A stretch of 64,000 bases of DNA from an uncultured Gammaproteobacteria bacterium (GCA_964485575.1 CAZAJO010000002.1:23230-87229), one strand, 5' to 3'; shown: positions 1-8,980, counted from the first letter of the stretch. Notes: a model not told the origin generated them from the letters alone. Program-made: numbers and translations.

Positions 1-38
1 TACTTCCATTGTGGGGAATTGAGCAAAAAAATGCAAGA

Positions 39-476
39 TTAGAACTCTTTCGAGCGGAGTTGAGCCCACCCTTCCTTAATACCTAATTCTACTGCTGTGG
101 AAATTTGATCAACTTTAACCTCTGGTTGTAGAAGCATTATCTTATATTCATCCGGTAATGGCTGGTTGTCACGAGTAAGTTCAAAGAGAGGGAAAACTTC
201 TGGAGACAAAATATTCTCTGGCTTCATTTTTTCCAGTTCAATCAGCAATAATTCTTGTTCTTGCGCTCGTTGTCTTGCCTCTTCTCTTAAACGGGCTTCC
301 TCAGCTCGTGCTGCAGCTGCTGCTTGCTGCTCTTGTTCTCTAGTGGCAATACGTTCATTAACCTGTGCTTCATGAGCTCTTAAAAAATCTCTTCTTCTGC
401 TACCAAGGCCAGCATCTTGTTCTACTTTTGATTGTGGTCCTCTCCGAGGATTGTTTATTTTTCGATTATTTTTCAT
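39..476 (-). CDS. hypothetical protein; basic N-terminus, Ala/Arg/Glu-rich coiled-coil segment
   Basis: The 145-aa ORF has low-complexity AAAAARAEEARLREEARQRAQEQE typical of a charged coiled-coil. No catalytic motif was recognised. Confidence 0.35.
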   Translation of the reverse strand: MKNNRKINNPRRGPQSKVEQDAGLGSRRRDFLRAHEAQVNERIATREQEQQAAAAARAEEARLREEARQRAQEQELLLIELEKMKPENILSPEVFPLFELTRDNQPLPDEYKIMLLQPEVKVDQISTAVELGIKEGWAQLRSKEF

Positions 477-521
477 AGAACGGGATTATACTACAAGATA
501 TAATGTCACTTCAACTAGAGG

Positions 522-1565
522 TTATTTCGCCAACTCTTCTTTGAACCAGTCTACCCAGGGGTTAACAGCAGGATTTTGCTCATGAATAAGCCCTAAATAA
601 AGAGTCAGGTATGACCCGTATGACAACGTCAATATAAAATCCTCATATACATTTTCTCCACCAAAATTCAGTTCGGCTACTTCAAACATGTTCTTCTCAA
701 CAACATCTGTCGTCAACTGTACTCTTTTCGTAATCTTCTCTGAAAAATTTGTTGAGTTGAGAATGATAAATTTGAGAACATGGTGCTTTGGGAAAGCAAG
801 ACCTTCCATGAGGTGATGGTTGAGATCCGGGATAAGAAAGCATGAGGAAAATGATTTACTTGTTTCATTAAATTGATTCCTCAAGATCTGCGCATTGCCT
901 GACAGGTGCTCCGAGGCAAAAATGACTGGGATGTAACCCTCATATTCGACCGCATCTGCCATTGCCTGCTTCTTAATCTCCGCCAAATCGTTTTTTAATC
1001 GATTTATTGCACCCAACAACTGCTCTTTATTAACCTCAAAAATGCCTGCTTTATCCAAAAGCCCCAAAAGTCCTACTATCGTATACCCATTTCCAAGCCG
1101 AGGAACTCCAGCCGGATTGAGAACTCCATCAAATATATAAGCAGGAACATTGTTGGTTCTTGCGAATTCTGAAAGTGGCCCACCCTTAGTAAGTATCAGC
1201 ATCTTTGCACCCATGTCTTTAGCCTCTTGAGCGCATGAAAGAACCTCTTCAGTGGTTCCGGAATAACTAGTCAGTACAACAAGGGTATTGCTATTTACAA
1301 ACTTAGGAAGATGATAGTCCGAAACGTACTCGGTAGGATAACGGTTGTTTTCACCGGCAAGAGCTTTAAAAACCAATGCTCCATATATGGATGCTCCCAT
1401 CCCACAAAAAACGATATTTGCAACATCTTTATAGTCCTGGGGTACTTGAACCTCTTGCACCTGAGACCACGCAGCTTCCATCTGCTGCGCCAACATTTCT
1501 GTAGATCCCAAAGTATCTTGAGGATCAAGTTTTTTTATATCGTCAATGTTATTAAGATCAATCAT
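522..1565 (-). CDS. bifunctional phosphoglucose/phosphomannose isomerase (SIS-domain, archaeal-type PGI/PMI)
   Basis: 347 aa. The SIS-like Gly-rich stretch VFCGMGASIYGALV and the overall architecture match the archaeal/CPR-type bifunctional PGI/PMI family. It sits in a block with PMM/PGM and IMPase. Confidence 0.55.
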   Translation of the reverse strand: MIDLNNIDDIKKLDPQDTLGSTEMLAQQMEAAWSQVQEVQVPQDYKDVANIVFCGMGASIYGALVFKALAGENNRYPTEYVSDYHLPKFVNSNTLVVLTSYSGTTEEVLSCAQEAKDMGAKMLILTKGGPLSEFARTNNVPAYIFDGVLNPAGVPRLGNGYTIVGLLGLLDKAGIFEVNKEQLLGAINRLKNDLAEIKKQAMADAVEYEGYIPVIFASEHLSGNAQILRNQFNETSKSFSSCFLIPDLNHHLMEGLAFPKHHVLKFIILNSTNFSEKITKRVQLTTDVVEKNMFEVAELNFGGENVYEDFILTLSYGSYLTLYLGLIHEQNPAVNPWVDWFKEELAK

Positions 1566-1573
1566 TTTGCAAT

Positions 1574-2425
1574 TTAGAGCTGTCCACGTTCCAACTTTCT
1601 CTGTTGATCAGTCTCATCCGGCCTTTCGTAGTCATCTTGTATTCTCCACGTCTTACCCCGTTCTGGGGTTGATACTTCAAAGACCTCGCAGTCCGTCGCA
1701 CCTTGCTGTCTGTGTCTTTGTCCTACATTTGTAGTATATCCTTTATCATATTCCAATTGGAAGGTTATAAGTTCACGGTTAGAATTCTCCATAATCATGT
1801 TACAAGTACCTGAAAGCATCCAATAACTCTCTGTTTTTACCCTGTGGGCTTTTTCAGAGAGTCTGTCACCTTCGTTGACATGCAATATCTTTGCCATGAG
1901 AGGATTGCCCTCCTGACCGAAATGAAGCTCATAACCCCATGGTTTTCCAATTCGAGCAACATACTCTTGAGACTGAAAATTCTCACGATGAACATCTCCT
2001 TCATCAGGACTTGCCATTGCTGCCTCCAAAATCCGTGAGACATTTTCTGCGTGTATGCTGTAGCGCTGACCTTTCTCGATACGGTACCCAAGATCGGTCT
2101 CCATCTGCTTTGTCACCATATTTCCAGCCTCATCCTCTATCTGAATCGTGGCTCTCCCGTCTCTGAATACAAATATCCGGAATCTATCGCTTATCTGCTC
2201 GTCTGTGCCTTTTCCTTCATCAAACCGCAACTCAGCACCCATATATGGAAGCCCTTGTGGAGTCCAGACCGCTCTTGTACCCCAACTTGTGCTCGTTGCT
2301 TCGATAAATGGTTGCGTGATAAATGTTGCAGCTTCGAAGTATTTGGCAGCATCTGAATATTTCAGATTGTCGATGTTAATTTCTTCTTGCTGGCTTGATT
2401 GAGACTTTTGGTTTTGATCATCCAT
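1574..2425 (-). CDS. cupin-domain protein, type-II mannose-6-phosphate-isomerase-like
   Basis: The C-terminal half carries the class-II PMI cupin signature: KPWGYE...AKILHVNEGDRLSEKAHRVKTESYWMLSGT. The track ORF starts at a TTG at 2470; an in-frame ATG at 2423-2425 (MDDQNQ...) is the more likely start. Confidence 0.5.
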   Translation of the reverse strand: MDDQNQKSQSSQQEEINIDNLKYSDAAKYFEAATFITQPFIEATSTSWGTRAVWTPQGLPYMGAELRFDEGKGTDEQISDRFRIFVFRDGRATIQIEDEAGNMVTKQMETDLGYRIEKGQRYSIHAENVSRILEAAMASPDEGDVHRENFQSQEYVARIGKPWGYELHFGQEGNPLMAKILHVNEGDRLSEKAHRVKTESYWMLSGTCNMIMENSNRELITFQLEYDKGYTTNVGQRHRQQGATDCEVFEVSTPERGKTWRIQDDYERPDETDQQRKLERGQL

Positions 2426-2439
2426 ATTTCGAGTATCTA

Positions 2440-2557
2440 TATTTCTACCATCTATTAGAGTCAAATACAAATCTAATAGATGTCGATCTCATCTATTAAA
2501 ATCAATTACAAATTTAATAGATGTCGATCGTCATCTTGGCGCGTCTCATCTATTAAA
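2440..2557. repeat. tandem ~41-bp repeat units carrying dyad-symmetric 9-mers CATCTATTA / TAATAGATG (five copies in alternating orientation)
   Basis: Read directly. CATCTATTA occurs at 2449-2457, 2491-2499 and 2547-2555. TAATAGATG occurs at 2473-2481 and 2514-2522. The decamer GATGTCGATC appears twice. The array lies upstream of the cupin gene and downstream of the IMPase gene. Confidence 0.6.
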
Positions 2558-2562
2558 CTTCT

Positions 2563-3363
2563 TTACAAATTTACAAATTCGGGAGAACCAAACAATTTTC
2601 CTATTTCATCTTGTACTTCAGCTCCTGCACATACAATAAATTCTTTATTGCTATCCTTATATTTTCTGACAACAAGGCCTGCCTCTAAAAATAAACCCAA
2701 GCGTGGCATGGTATCCATAATCTTTGCCGATTGATTGAGAAGCAAGCACGCATCAACACCACCGGTAAGTAAGCCTAGACTAAAAGTAGCTGCAGTTACT
2801 CTTATCCGGTAGGCATTTCTTGCTATGATGTTGAGAAAATTTAATTTCCACTCTATCTCATCACCTCTTCCACCAAACTCAAAGTCTACGATGCTGTTAA
2901 CAAGCTCCTTTTGAGGTGAAGGAGTCAATTTTTCTCCATTCAAAAAAACTCCGGACCCCTTTGAAGAAGAGAACAATTGATTAGAAACTGGATTGTAGAC
3001 TACTGCAACAATTGGCACTTCCTGTGCGACAAGAGCCACCTGTACAAAGTAAAGTGGGATATTTCCAACATAATTCTTCGTTTGATCAATAGGATCTATA
3101 ACCCAATTGTAATCTTTAGAATCTGTACTTGTTCCTTCCTCAAGTATGAGTCCTGCCTCTGGTAGTAGCTTAGCCAACTCATCAGTCAACATTTTTTCAG
3201 CCTCGATGTCTATTGAAGTGACCATATCTCTGCCATCTTTATAATGAACTGTTCCTTGATTCTCCCGGGATTTATATACAAACTCGCCAACTTTTTTGAC
3301 AATTACTTGCGCTTTTTCCCTGAGATCAAAAAGGTCTTGTTGCGTTGGGGAATTAGAATACAT
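2563..3363 (-). CDS. inositol monophosphatase family protein (IMPase/SuhB-like)
   Basis: The metal-binding motif region NWVIDPIDQTKNYV (compare WxIDPIDGT) is present. 266 aa is the typical size. Confidence 0.6.
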   Translation of the reverse strand: MYSNSPTQQDLFDLREKAQVIVKKVGEFVYKSRENQGTVHYKDGRDMVTSIDIEAEKMLTDELAKLLPEAGLILEEGTSTDSKDYNWVIDPIDQTKNYVGNIPLYFVQVALVAQEVPIVAVVYNPVSNQLFSSSKGSGVFLNGEKLTPSPQKELVNSIVDFEFGGRGDEIEWKLNFLNIIARNAYRIRVTAATFSLGLLTGGVDACLLLNQSAKIMDTMPRLGLFLEAGLVVRKYKDSNKEFIVCAGAEVQDEIGKLFGSPEFVNL

Positions 3364-5170
3364 CGACTTTTATTGTTGATAAAATCTCTTCAAATGTTGC
3401 AGCTATGGATTTCTCAAGAACTTCTGCTTCCTGCATTATCTGCTCTTTTGATTTTTCCTGGAGTCTCCCTTTTACATTTGTATAATATTTCATCTTCGGC
3501 TCAGTCCCCGATGGACGTGCGTGTATCACAGTCCTCTCATCCTCCGTAAAGAAAAATGAGATCATGTCACCCTTGTCCCATGCTCGGGTTTCAAGAAGCT
3601 CACCGGTAGCACCATCACGCAGTTCCCCAGTCATTCTATCCAACACTTTAAGAACCTTTCTTCCCCCAATCTCTTTTGGTAGATCTTGCCTCAACTTTTT
3701 CATAGCCAAATTCATCTGATCAAATGCTCCAAAACCTTCAATGAGTTTATAATACAAGCGTTCTGCATAAAAACCGAATTTTTCGTAGATAGACTCAAGC
3801 ATCTCTCCAGGAGTTGTATTGTTGTCTCTGCAATAAGCAGCCATCTCTGCAGCAATAACTGCTGGTGTTTCAGCTCCTTTATCCCTGTAAGCGGTACCGA
3901 AAAGGTATCCCACACTTTCCTCAGCGGCAAAAATGAAGTTTTTGTCTGATGGCAGATGCTCAATTCTGTCTCCAATGAATTTAAATCCAACCAAAAGATC
4001 CCCGATAACCTCAACGCCGTAACTTTCTCCGATATCTCTGAAAAGTTCGGTCGTAACTGAAGTCTTTACCATAACAGGATTTACTGGAAGCTTTCCTGCT
4101 TTGGACATAGATTCAAGGATAAAGTATTCCATTAGAACCGCTCCCTGGTTACCATCTAAATTCTTCCAGTTACCATCTTTGTCAGGTACAGCCATCCCTA
4201 GTCTATCTGCATCTGGATCACTCACCAGGATGATATTGGCATCTGTTTTTTTGGCAAGTTCTATGGCTTTGTCATAGCACTCTGCAAATTCAGGATTTGG
4301 GAAGTGACCGGTGACATTTGGAAAATCCCCATTCAGTTCCATCTGTTCCTCAACAACCTCAATATTGGTAAACCCTAATTCTTTAAGTACGGGAAGAACT
4401 GATTGAGACCCAACGCCGTGTAGCGGGGAAAATACTATCTTTACGTCACGACTATCATATATAGATGCTTTCTTTGCTGAGTCAGCAAAAGCGGCATCAA
4501 CTTCTTTTGAGATATATTTTATCAGCCCCTTCTCAACTCCCTCATCGAAAGTGATCTTTGAAATCTCATTTACATTATTGAATTCTTCTTCTATCTGAAG
4601 ACCGACGTCGGGCAGTACCTGTATTCCATTTTCGTCATAGACTTTGTATCCATTAAATTGTGGAGGATTGTGACTTGCAGTAAGTACTATCCCTCCCGCG
4701 CAGTGAAGATACCGGACGGTAAAAGATAATTGAGGAGTAGCTTTGTAATAATCGTATATGTGGACAGGTATACCATTTGCAGCAAGAACGCGTGCTGTCT
4801 CTTTCATGAATTGCTCTGAATTATGCCTACTATCATAAGCGATGGCAACTCCACTTTGGACAATCTCCTTTTTATGCTTTAAAAGATACTGCGCGTATGC
4901 CTGAGACGCCCATCTGACCATGTAATTGTTGATCCTGTTGGTACCGATATCCATTACTCCCCGGATTCCACCAGTTCCAAAGATGAGTACTCTATAAAAA
5001 GAGTCCATCAGGTCTTCCCATTTCGCGTCTGTAATTTTTTGGGAAAGAACAGGTACAAATTCTGAGAATTCTTCGTCATTCAACCACTTCGTGATCTCAC
5101 TAAAAGCTTTTTCATTGAGCTTTTTTTCGTCGAGGGCATTTTGAAGTAATGGTTTTAGTTCTTCGAGCAT
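3353..5170 (-). CDS. phosphoglucomutase/phosphomannomutase (alpha-D-phosphohexomutase superfamily)
   Basis: The active-site serine loop GGIVLTASHNPPQFNGYKV and a length of 605 aa fit the family. The start overlaps the IMPase stop by 11 nt. Confidence 0.7.
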   Translation of the reverse strand: MLEELKPLLQNALDEKKLNEKAFSEITKWLNDEEFSEFVPVLSQKITDAKWEDLMDSFYRVLIFGTGGIRGVMDIGTNRINNYMVRWASQAYAQYLLKHKKEIVQSGVAIAYDSRHNSEQFMKETARVLAANGIPVHIYDYYKATPQLSFTVRYLHCAGGIVLTASHNPPQFNGYKVYDENGIQVLPDVGLQIEEEFNNVNEISKITFDEGVEKGLIKYISKEVDAAFADSAKKASIYDSRDVKIVFSPLHGVGSQSVLPVLKELGFTNIEVVEEQMELNGDFPNVTGHFPNPEFAECYDKAIELAKKTDANIILVSDPDADRLGMAVPDKDGNWKNLDGNQGAVLMEYFILESMSKAGKLPVNPVMVKTSVTTELFRDIGESYGVEVIGDLLVGFKFIGDRIEHLPSDKNFIFAAEESVGYLFGTAYRDKGAETPAVIAAEMAAYCRDNNTTPGEMLESIYEKFGFYAERLYYKLIEGFGAFDQMNLAMKKLRQDLPKEIGGRKVLKVLDRMTGELRDGATGELLETRAWDKGDMISFFFTEDERTVIHARPSGTEPKMKYYTNVKGRLQEKSKEQIMQEAEVLEKSIAATFEEILSTIKVDVF

Positions 5171-5195
5171 GAAAAGATTCTTTTGACTAACCTAC

Positions 5196-5876
5196 TCATA
5201 TTAGTTGAGTGAGGATCAGTATGTCAAGATGTTTTGATAGACCTACGGGCAATTTTCCTGATTTCATTTTTATCTCTGTTTCCTGCAGTTTTTTATAGAA
5301 AAAAAGCAAAGAATCTTTCTTCCACAATCTGAGTTGGCTATTAAGTTTTCCCACTTGCCAAGGTGCCATCTTTGAAAGGTCTGCAACAGTACTACCACTT
5401 GAAAGGACTACAAGTAAGCGTATACGTTTCAATAGCGAATAGAATATCAACTCCTCACTCGTCGTTTGGAGCAACTCATGATACATAGTAAAAAGTCTTT
5501 TTCCATTTCCTGGGGCATAGGAATCAAGGAACTGGAAATAATTTTGAGGTAGAAAAAAATCTTTGACTGTTCCGTTTTTCAAACTTCCATAGGAGGTTTT
5601 TGCGAGTTTTTTGTCTTCCCACAATATAAGTAACGTTTGACTGCTATTTGTATTAAGAAAAGTAACAAAGTCTTTTTTCTTGGCATTTTTTGACAAAAGA
5701 TTTTCAATAACAACTGCCTTTTTTTCATCAAAAAGACTTGTTGAGACCAATTTTTCCTCGAGATCTTTAAGTGTGAGTGTTTTTCCCTCAAGTATAGTCA
5801 CCTGAAAACCTTCGGTAAGACCGGTACAGAACTTTCTAGAGGCAGAGATATCATCCCCGTGAAGTATGTAAATCAT
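5196..5876 (-). CDS. holA: probable DNA polymerase III delta subunit (HolA-like, short form)
   Basis: The N-terminus MIYILHGDD... and the downstream SLFDEKKAVVIEN resemble the HolA start (iyllyGee...slf..kr.v.v). The C-terminal helical region fits. The call is tentative because the protein is short (226 aa). Confidence 0.4.
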   Translation of the reverse strand: MIYILHGDDISASRKFCTGLTEGFQVTILEGKTLTLKDLEEKLVSTSLFDEKKAVVIENLLSKNAKKKDFVTFLNTNSSQTLLILWEDKKLAKTSYGSLKNGTVKDFFLPQNYFQFLDSYAPGNGKRLFTMYHELLQTTSEELIFYSLLKRIRLLVVLSSGSTVADLSKMAPWQVGKLNSQLRLWKKDSLLFFYKKLQETEIKMKSGKLPVGLSKHLDILILTQLI

Positions 5877-5896
5877 GTGTCAATTATTAGCAAAAA

Positions 5897-7036
5897 TCAA
5901 AAGAAAAAGCGAACATAATCTATCAATAGATCCTTTGCGCTATAAAGCTGCTGCTTTTCAGGTGTCACTACAAGCTGCTTAAATTTAGTGATTTGCTTTA
6001 TCGCAATCCCTTTGACAGCTTGAATAAGTGGTTGTCCTTTTGTTTTTTCCATTTTTTCTGAAGCGGCATAGTATTCTGTGAACTGCCCATTTTTTACAAA
6101 AGAGAAGATGTCAAATGCCCCGCCCTGTGAATTGAGAAGGAATGGCGTTATGGCAACTATCTTATCTTTGTCTTTTCCCCAAAAATCGTCATATGCTATT
6201 TTGTAGTATTTGGCAACAACACTCCCTGGCAATTTACTACTATCCCATCCAGTTTCTGTAATAAATGCTGGCACTTTTTTACCACTGTTGGCATTAATAA
6301 GAGTGTACTCGTATTGATAGGTAGTTATACCCACCAATTTTTTTGGCAATGGTGGAGCTACAAACCCTGGATTTGGATACGAATGGGAAGCAAATCCATC
6401 AATCTTGGTAAATATTTCAGGGTCGTGTGCGAGCATCTTATTGAGGAAAACAAAATTATCCATGTATTTCTTCCCGTCATTCGGTGCAGCATTATCTTGC
6501 CCACTCATGATGATATAGAAATTTTGACTACGCTCTTTGAATGTGTCATATGCGTAGCGCAAAAAACCGGCATATTCTTCCGGACTGGGCGCCTCCCCTC
6601 CCCACTCGTCAGACCTGTTTACCTCATTAAAGACTATCACGTATCTGTTCTCTATCGGCCAATTCAGACTATTTAAGAAATTGGCAAAATCCAATATGTC
6701 TGTTGCTGTTGGTTTACTCCAAGATGCAGTATTGAAAGGGTCTCCTTGGGTTGCAAGCCTCAGGATAGGAATCAATTTCAACTTTTTTGCAGAATCCATG
6801 AAATTTTGCCATTTCTCCAGATCTTTGTCGCCAGCTTGAATAGGAATAGTGACATAACCCCATTCTCCGGTTTTTGAATTGACGAGATTTGCTGCTTCAG
6901 AAAGCTCTGAAGGGAAAAGGATATGAATACCGTAATAATTATTTGGTCGACTTAAAGGATCAAAAATTGCAGAAGCACTATTTGGGAAAAGGCAGACAAA
7001 AAGACACAATAGGGCAACGGCAAAAATCTTTTTCAT
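5897..7036 (-). CDS. secreted protein, possible clan GH-A (TIM-barrel) glycoside hydrolase
   Basis: A cleavable signal peptide (MKKIFAVALLCLFVCLFPNSASA) is present. The candidate acid/base motif is VIVFNEVN. The candidate nucleophile motif is AFITETGW. The spacing between them is as expected for GH-A. Confidence 0.4.
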   Translation of the reverse strand: MKKIFAVALLCLFVCLFPNSASAIFDPLSRPNNYYGIHILFPSELSEAANLVNSKTGEWGYVTIPIQAGDKDLEKWQNFMDSAKKLKLIPILRLATQGDPFNTASWSKPTATDILDFANFLNSLNWPIENRYVIVFNEVNRSDEWGGEAPSPEEYAGFLRYAYDTFKERSQNFYIIMSGQDNAAPNDGKKYMDNFVFLNKMLAHDPEIFTKIDGFASHSYPNPGFVAPPLPKKLVGITTYQYEYTLINANSGKKVPAFITETGWDSSKLPGSVVAKYYKIAYDDFWGKDKDKIVAITPFLLNSQGGAFDIFSFVKNGQFTEYYAASEKMEKTKGQPLIQAVKGIAIKQITKFKQLVVTPEKQQLYSAKDLLIDYVRFFF

Positions 7037-7090
7037 GGTGTATACAATATTAAAGACTTTAGCTCAAAAGTCAAATGAAATGAGTAGAAA

Positions 7091-7267
7091 CTATTTCTTT
7101 TTTCTCGAAGAGGCTTTTGAAGGAAGATACCAAAGGATAACTCCACCTACTGCAAAAAGAGCACCTGTAATCTGACTACCGTCTGAAGCGAATTGTGAAA
7201 ATTGGGGATAAAAGTAGATGATGACTCCTACTACTACTAGAACTAGGGCAAGATTTCTTTTGTTCAT
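7091..7267 (-). CDS. small hydrophobic protein (58 aa, 2 predicted TM segments)
   Basis: Translated by hand: MNKRNLALVLVVVGVIIYFYPQFSQFASDGSQITGALFAVGGVILWYLPSKASSRKKK. It is below the 60-aa cutoff of the ORF track. Confidence 0.3.
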   Translation of the reverse strand: MNKRNLALVLVVVGVIIYFYPQFSQFASDGSQITGALFAVGGVILWYLPSKASSRKKK

Positions 7268-7422
7268 GGACTTAGCGTATCACCCATAAAAAGAAGTTGT
7301 CAAGGGGCAAATTCAATACAGAATTTTTTTATAATAAAATTGAACCGCAGTGCCGGCCGAGCATTGCTCAGGGCGGTGCAAGGGGCAAATTAGGGTCTAA
7401 GCACAGCTTGCTCCTTTGGAGT

Positions 7423-7474
7423 AGGTTTCAGGTTCTAAGTTTCAGGTTCTAGGTTTCATGTTGTAGGTTTTAGG
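7423..7474. repeat. heptamer microsatellite (AGGTTYY)x~8
   Basis: Read directly: aggtttc aggttct aagtttc aggttct aggtttc atgttgt aggtttt agg. It ends 10 bp before a TATAAT. Confidence 0.6.
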
Positions 7475-7484
7475 CTAAAAAAAG

Positions 7485-7490
7485 TATAAT
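7485..7490 (+). promoter_or_regulatory. putative -10 box TATAAT abutting the dus ATG (implies leaderless or downstream start)
   Basis: aaaaaaagTATAATatgagctctatgcag. A transcription start about 7 nt downstream would fall at or after the first ATG (7491). The in-frame ATG at 7500 could be a leaderless start. Confidence 0.3.
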
Positions 7491-8498
7491 ATGAGCTCTA
7501 TGCAGTTTAACTGGAAAGATTTGCCAAAGCCAATTTTTGCTCTCGCTCCTATGGAGGGGGTAACTGATACTGTTTTTCGGCAAGTTGTTGGAAGTCTTGC
7601 AGCACCTGATGTTTATTTTACTGAGTTTACGAATTGTGAAGGGATGATGTCTAAAGGAAGAGAAAAAGTCGGCAGACGTCTTATATATAGTGAAACTGAA
7701 AGGCCGCTTATCGCCCAAATCTGGGGACTTGATCCCAGTGCCTTCTTTGAAGTGAGTAAGCAAATAGTTGAGATGGGGTTTGATGGGATCGATTTGAATA
7801 TGGGATGCCCTGTCAGTGCTGTTGTAGCACGAGGCTCTTGCTCTGGCCTTATTGGCAACCCACCTTTAGCTAAAGAAATGATAGATGCAACAAAAAAAGG
7901 AGTCCAGTCCGCCGGCTGGCGGATTCCAGTCAGTGTTAAGACACGGATTGGACTGAAAAATATCACAACCGCGGAATGGATAGGATTTTTACTTGAACAG
8001 AATTTGGATGCACTTACCGTGCATCTTCGTACACAAAAGGAAATGTCAAATGTCCCGGCGCATTTTGATGAACTTGAAAAAATTGTAGAACTTCGTGACA
8101 AAATAGCCCCAAACACTGTCATTATTGCTAACGGAGACATCGTGTCCAAATCACAGGGAAAAGAATTGGTAGAAAAATACGGAATTGATGGAGTCATGAT
8201 AGGTCGAGGAGTATTTCATAATCCTTTTGTATTCGATGGAACAACAAACTACGAAGTTAAAACAGCAAACGAGAGAATAGAACTGCTAAAAAAACATATT
8301 GATATCTTTGAGAAAGTGTGGACCGTTGACCACCCCCTCACTGATAAAGAAATAGCAAAACTTTTTCCTCCACTCAAAAGGTTCTTTAAAATTTATATCA
8401 GCGGGTTTGAGGGCGCATCTGAATTGAGAGAAAAATTGATGTCCACCCATACGGTGGATGAGGTTAGACAAATTCTTTCAACAACTTATTCTGAATAA
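7491..8498 (+). CDS. dus: tRNA-dihydrouridine synthase
   Basis: The Dus-family N-terminus LPKPIFALAPMEGVTDTVFRQV is present. The catalytic-cysteine region reads DLNMGCP. The size is 335 aa. Confidence 0.7.
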   Translation: MSSMQFNWKDLPKPIFALAPMEGVTDTVFRQVVGSLAAPDVYFTEFTNCEGMMSKGREKVGRRLIYSETERPLIAQIWGLDPSAFFEVSKQIVEMGFDGIDLNMGCPVSAVVARGSCSGLIGNPPLAKEMIDATKKGVQSAGWRIPVSVKTRIGLKNITTAEWIGFLLEQNLDALTVHLRTQKEMSNVPAHFDELEKIVELRDKIAPNTVIIANGDIVSKSQGKELVEKYGIDGVMIGRGVFHNPFVFDGTTNYEVKTANERIELLKKHIDIFEKVWTVDHPLTDKEIAKLFPPLKRFFKIYISGFEGASELREKLMSTHTVDEVRQILSTTYSE

Positions 8499-8800
8499 GG
8501 AGGGTTCGCTTGGCGTTTTTTAGATGCTTCTAAAATAATCTCCCCTTGTGAATTCCACTTCCTAAGCCATTCTGGATTATTTAAGATAGAGGCCGATGGT
8601 TCTTGATCTGTTACCTGCTGTCTAAAATTCACCTCAAAACTATTAGCAAGATCTCTAAAAATTACAGGATCTGGAGGAGCGCATCCTTCATCAACAAGTG
8701 CTCCTGCAACGTAATAAGGTAAACCTACAACTAATTCTGAGGGATGAGGTATTTGAAGCATTCCTACTAATTCATCTACATTTTCTGCTTCTTTTCGCAT
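8486..8800 (-). CDS. hypothetical protein
   Basis: The ORF was trimmed to the internal Met (MRKEAENVDEL...). The longer track ORF (to 8881) would run through the tRNA-Lys gene. Confidence 0.3.
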   Translation of the reverse strand: MRKEAENVDELVGMLQIPHPSELVVGLPYYVAGALVDEGCAPPDPVIFRDLANSFEVNFRQQVTDQEPSASILNNPEWLRKWNSQGEIILEASKKRQANPPYSE

Positions 8801-8849
8801 TTCTTTAACTATTATACAAATGCTAAAACTTTTGTAAAGGGAAATTTTG

Positions 8850-8921
8850 TGATCCGGCAGAGATTCGAACTCTGAACCCAAAGCTTAAAAGGCTTTTGCT
8901 CTACCATTGAGCTACCGGACC
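8850..8921 (-). tRNA. tRNA-Lys (anticodon TTT)
   Basis: Reverse complement: GGTCCGGTAGCTCAATGGTAGAGCAAAAGCCTTTTAAGCTTTGGGTTCAGAGTTCGAATCTCTGCCGGATCA. The acceptor stem is 7 bp with one G-U. The anticodon stem AAAGC/GCTTT carries loop CTTTTAA. The T-arm GGTTCAGAGTTCGAATC is present. Confidence 0.75.
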
Positions 8922-8963
8922 AATTTTCAATTTGTCTGGGAGTTCAATGGCGAACGAAGTGTC

Positions 8964-8980
8964 TCATTGAGCTACCGGAC
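8964..8980. repeat. 17-nt direct repeat of the tRNA-Lys 5' end (acceptor + D-arm), 43 bp upstream of the tRNA
   Basis: cattgagctaccggacc at 8964-8980 is identical to 8905-8921, which is inside the tRNA. Confidence 0.7.

Noticed and set aside
166-375. 69-aa + strand ORF
   Set aside because: It is antisense to the 39-476 ORF. It translates the low-complexity repeat, which gives a Ser/Cys/Ala-rich artefact. No start context is present.
2440-2557. Possible CRISPR array
   Set aside because: There are only about 2.5 units. The units carry internal dyad symmetry with alternating orientation rather than repeat-spacer alternation. No cas genes are present.
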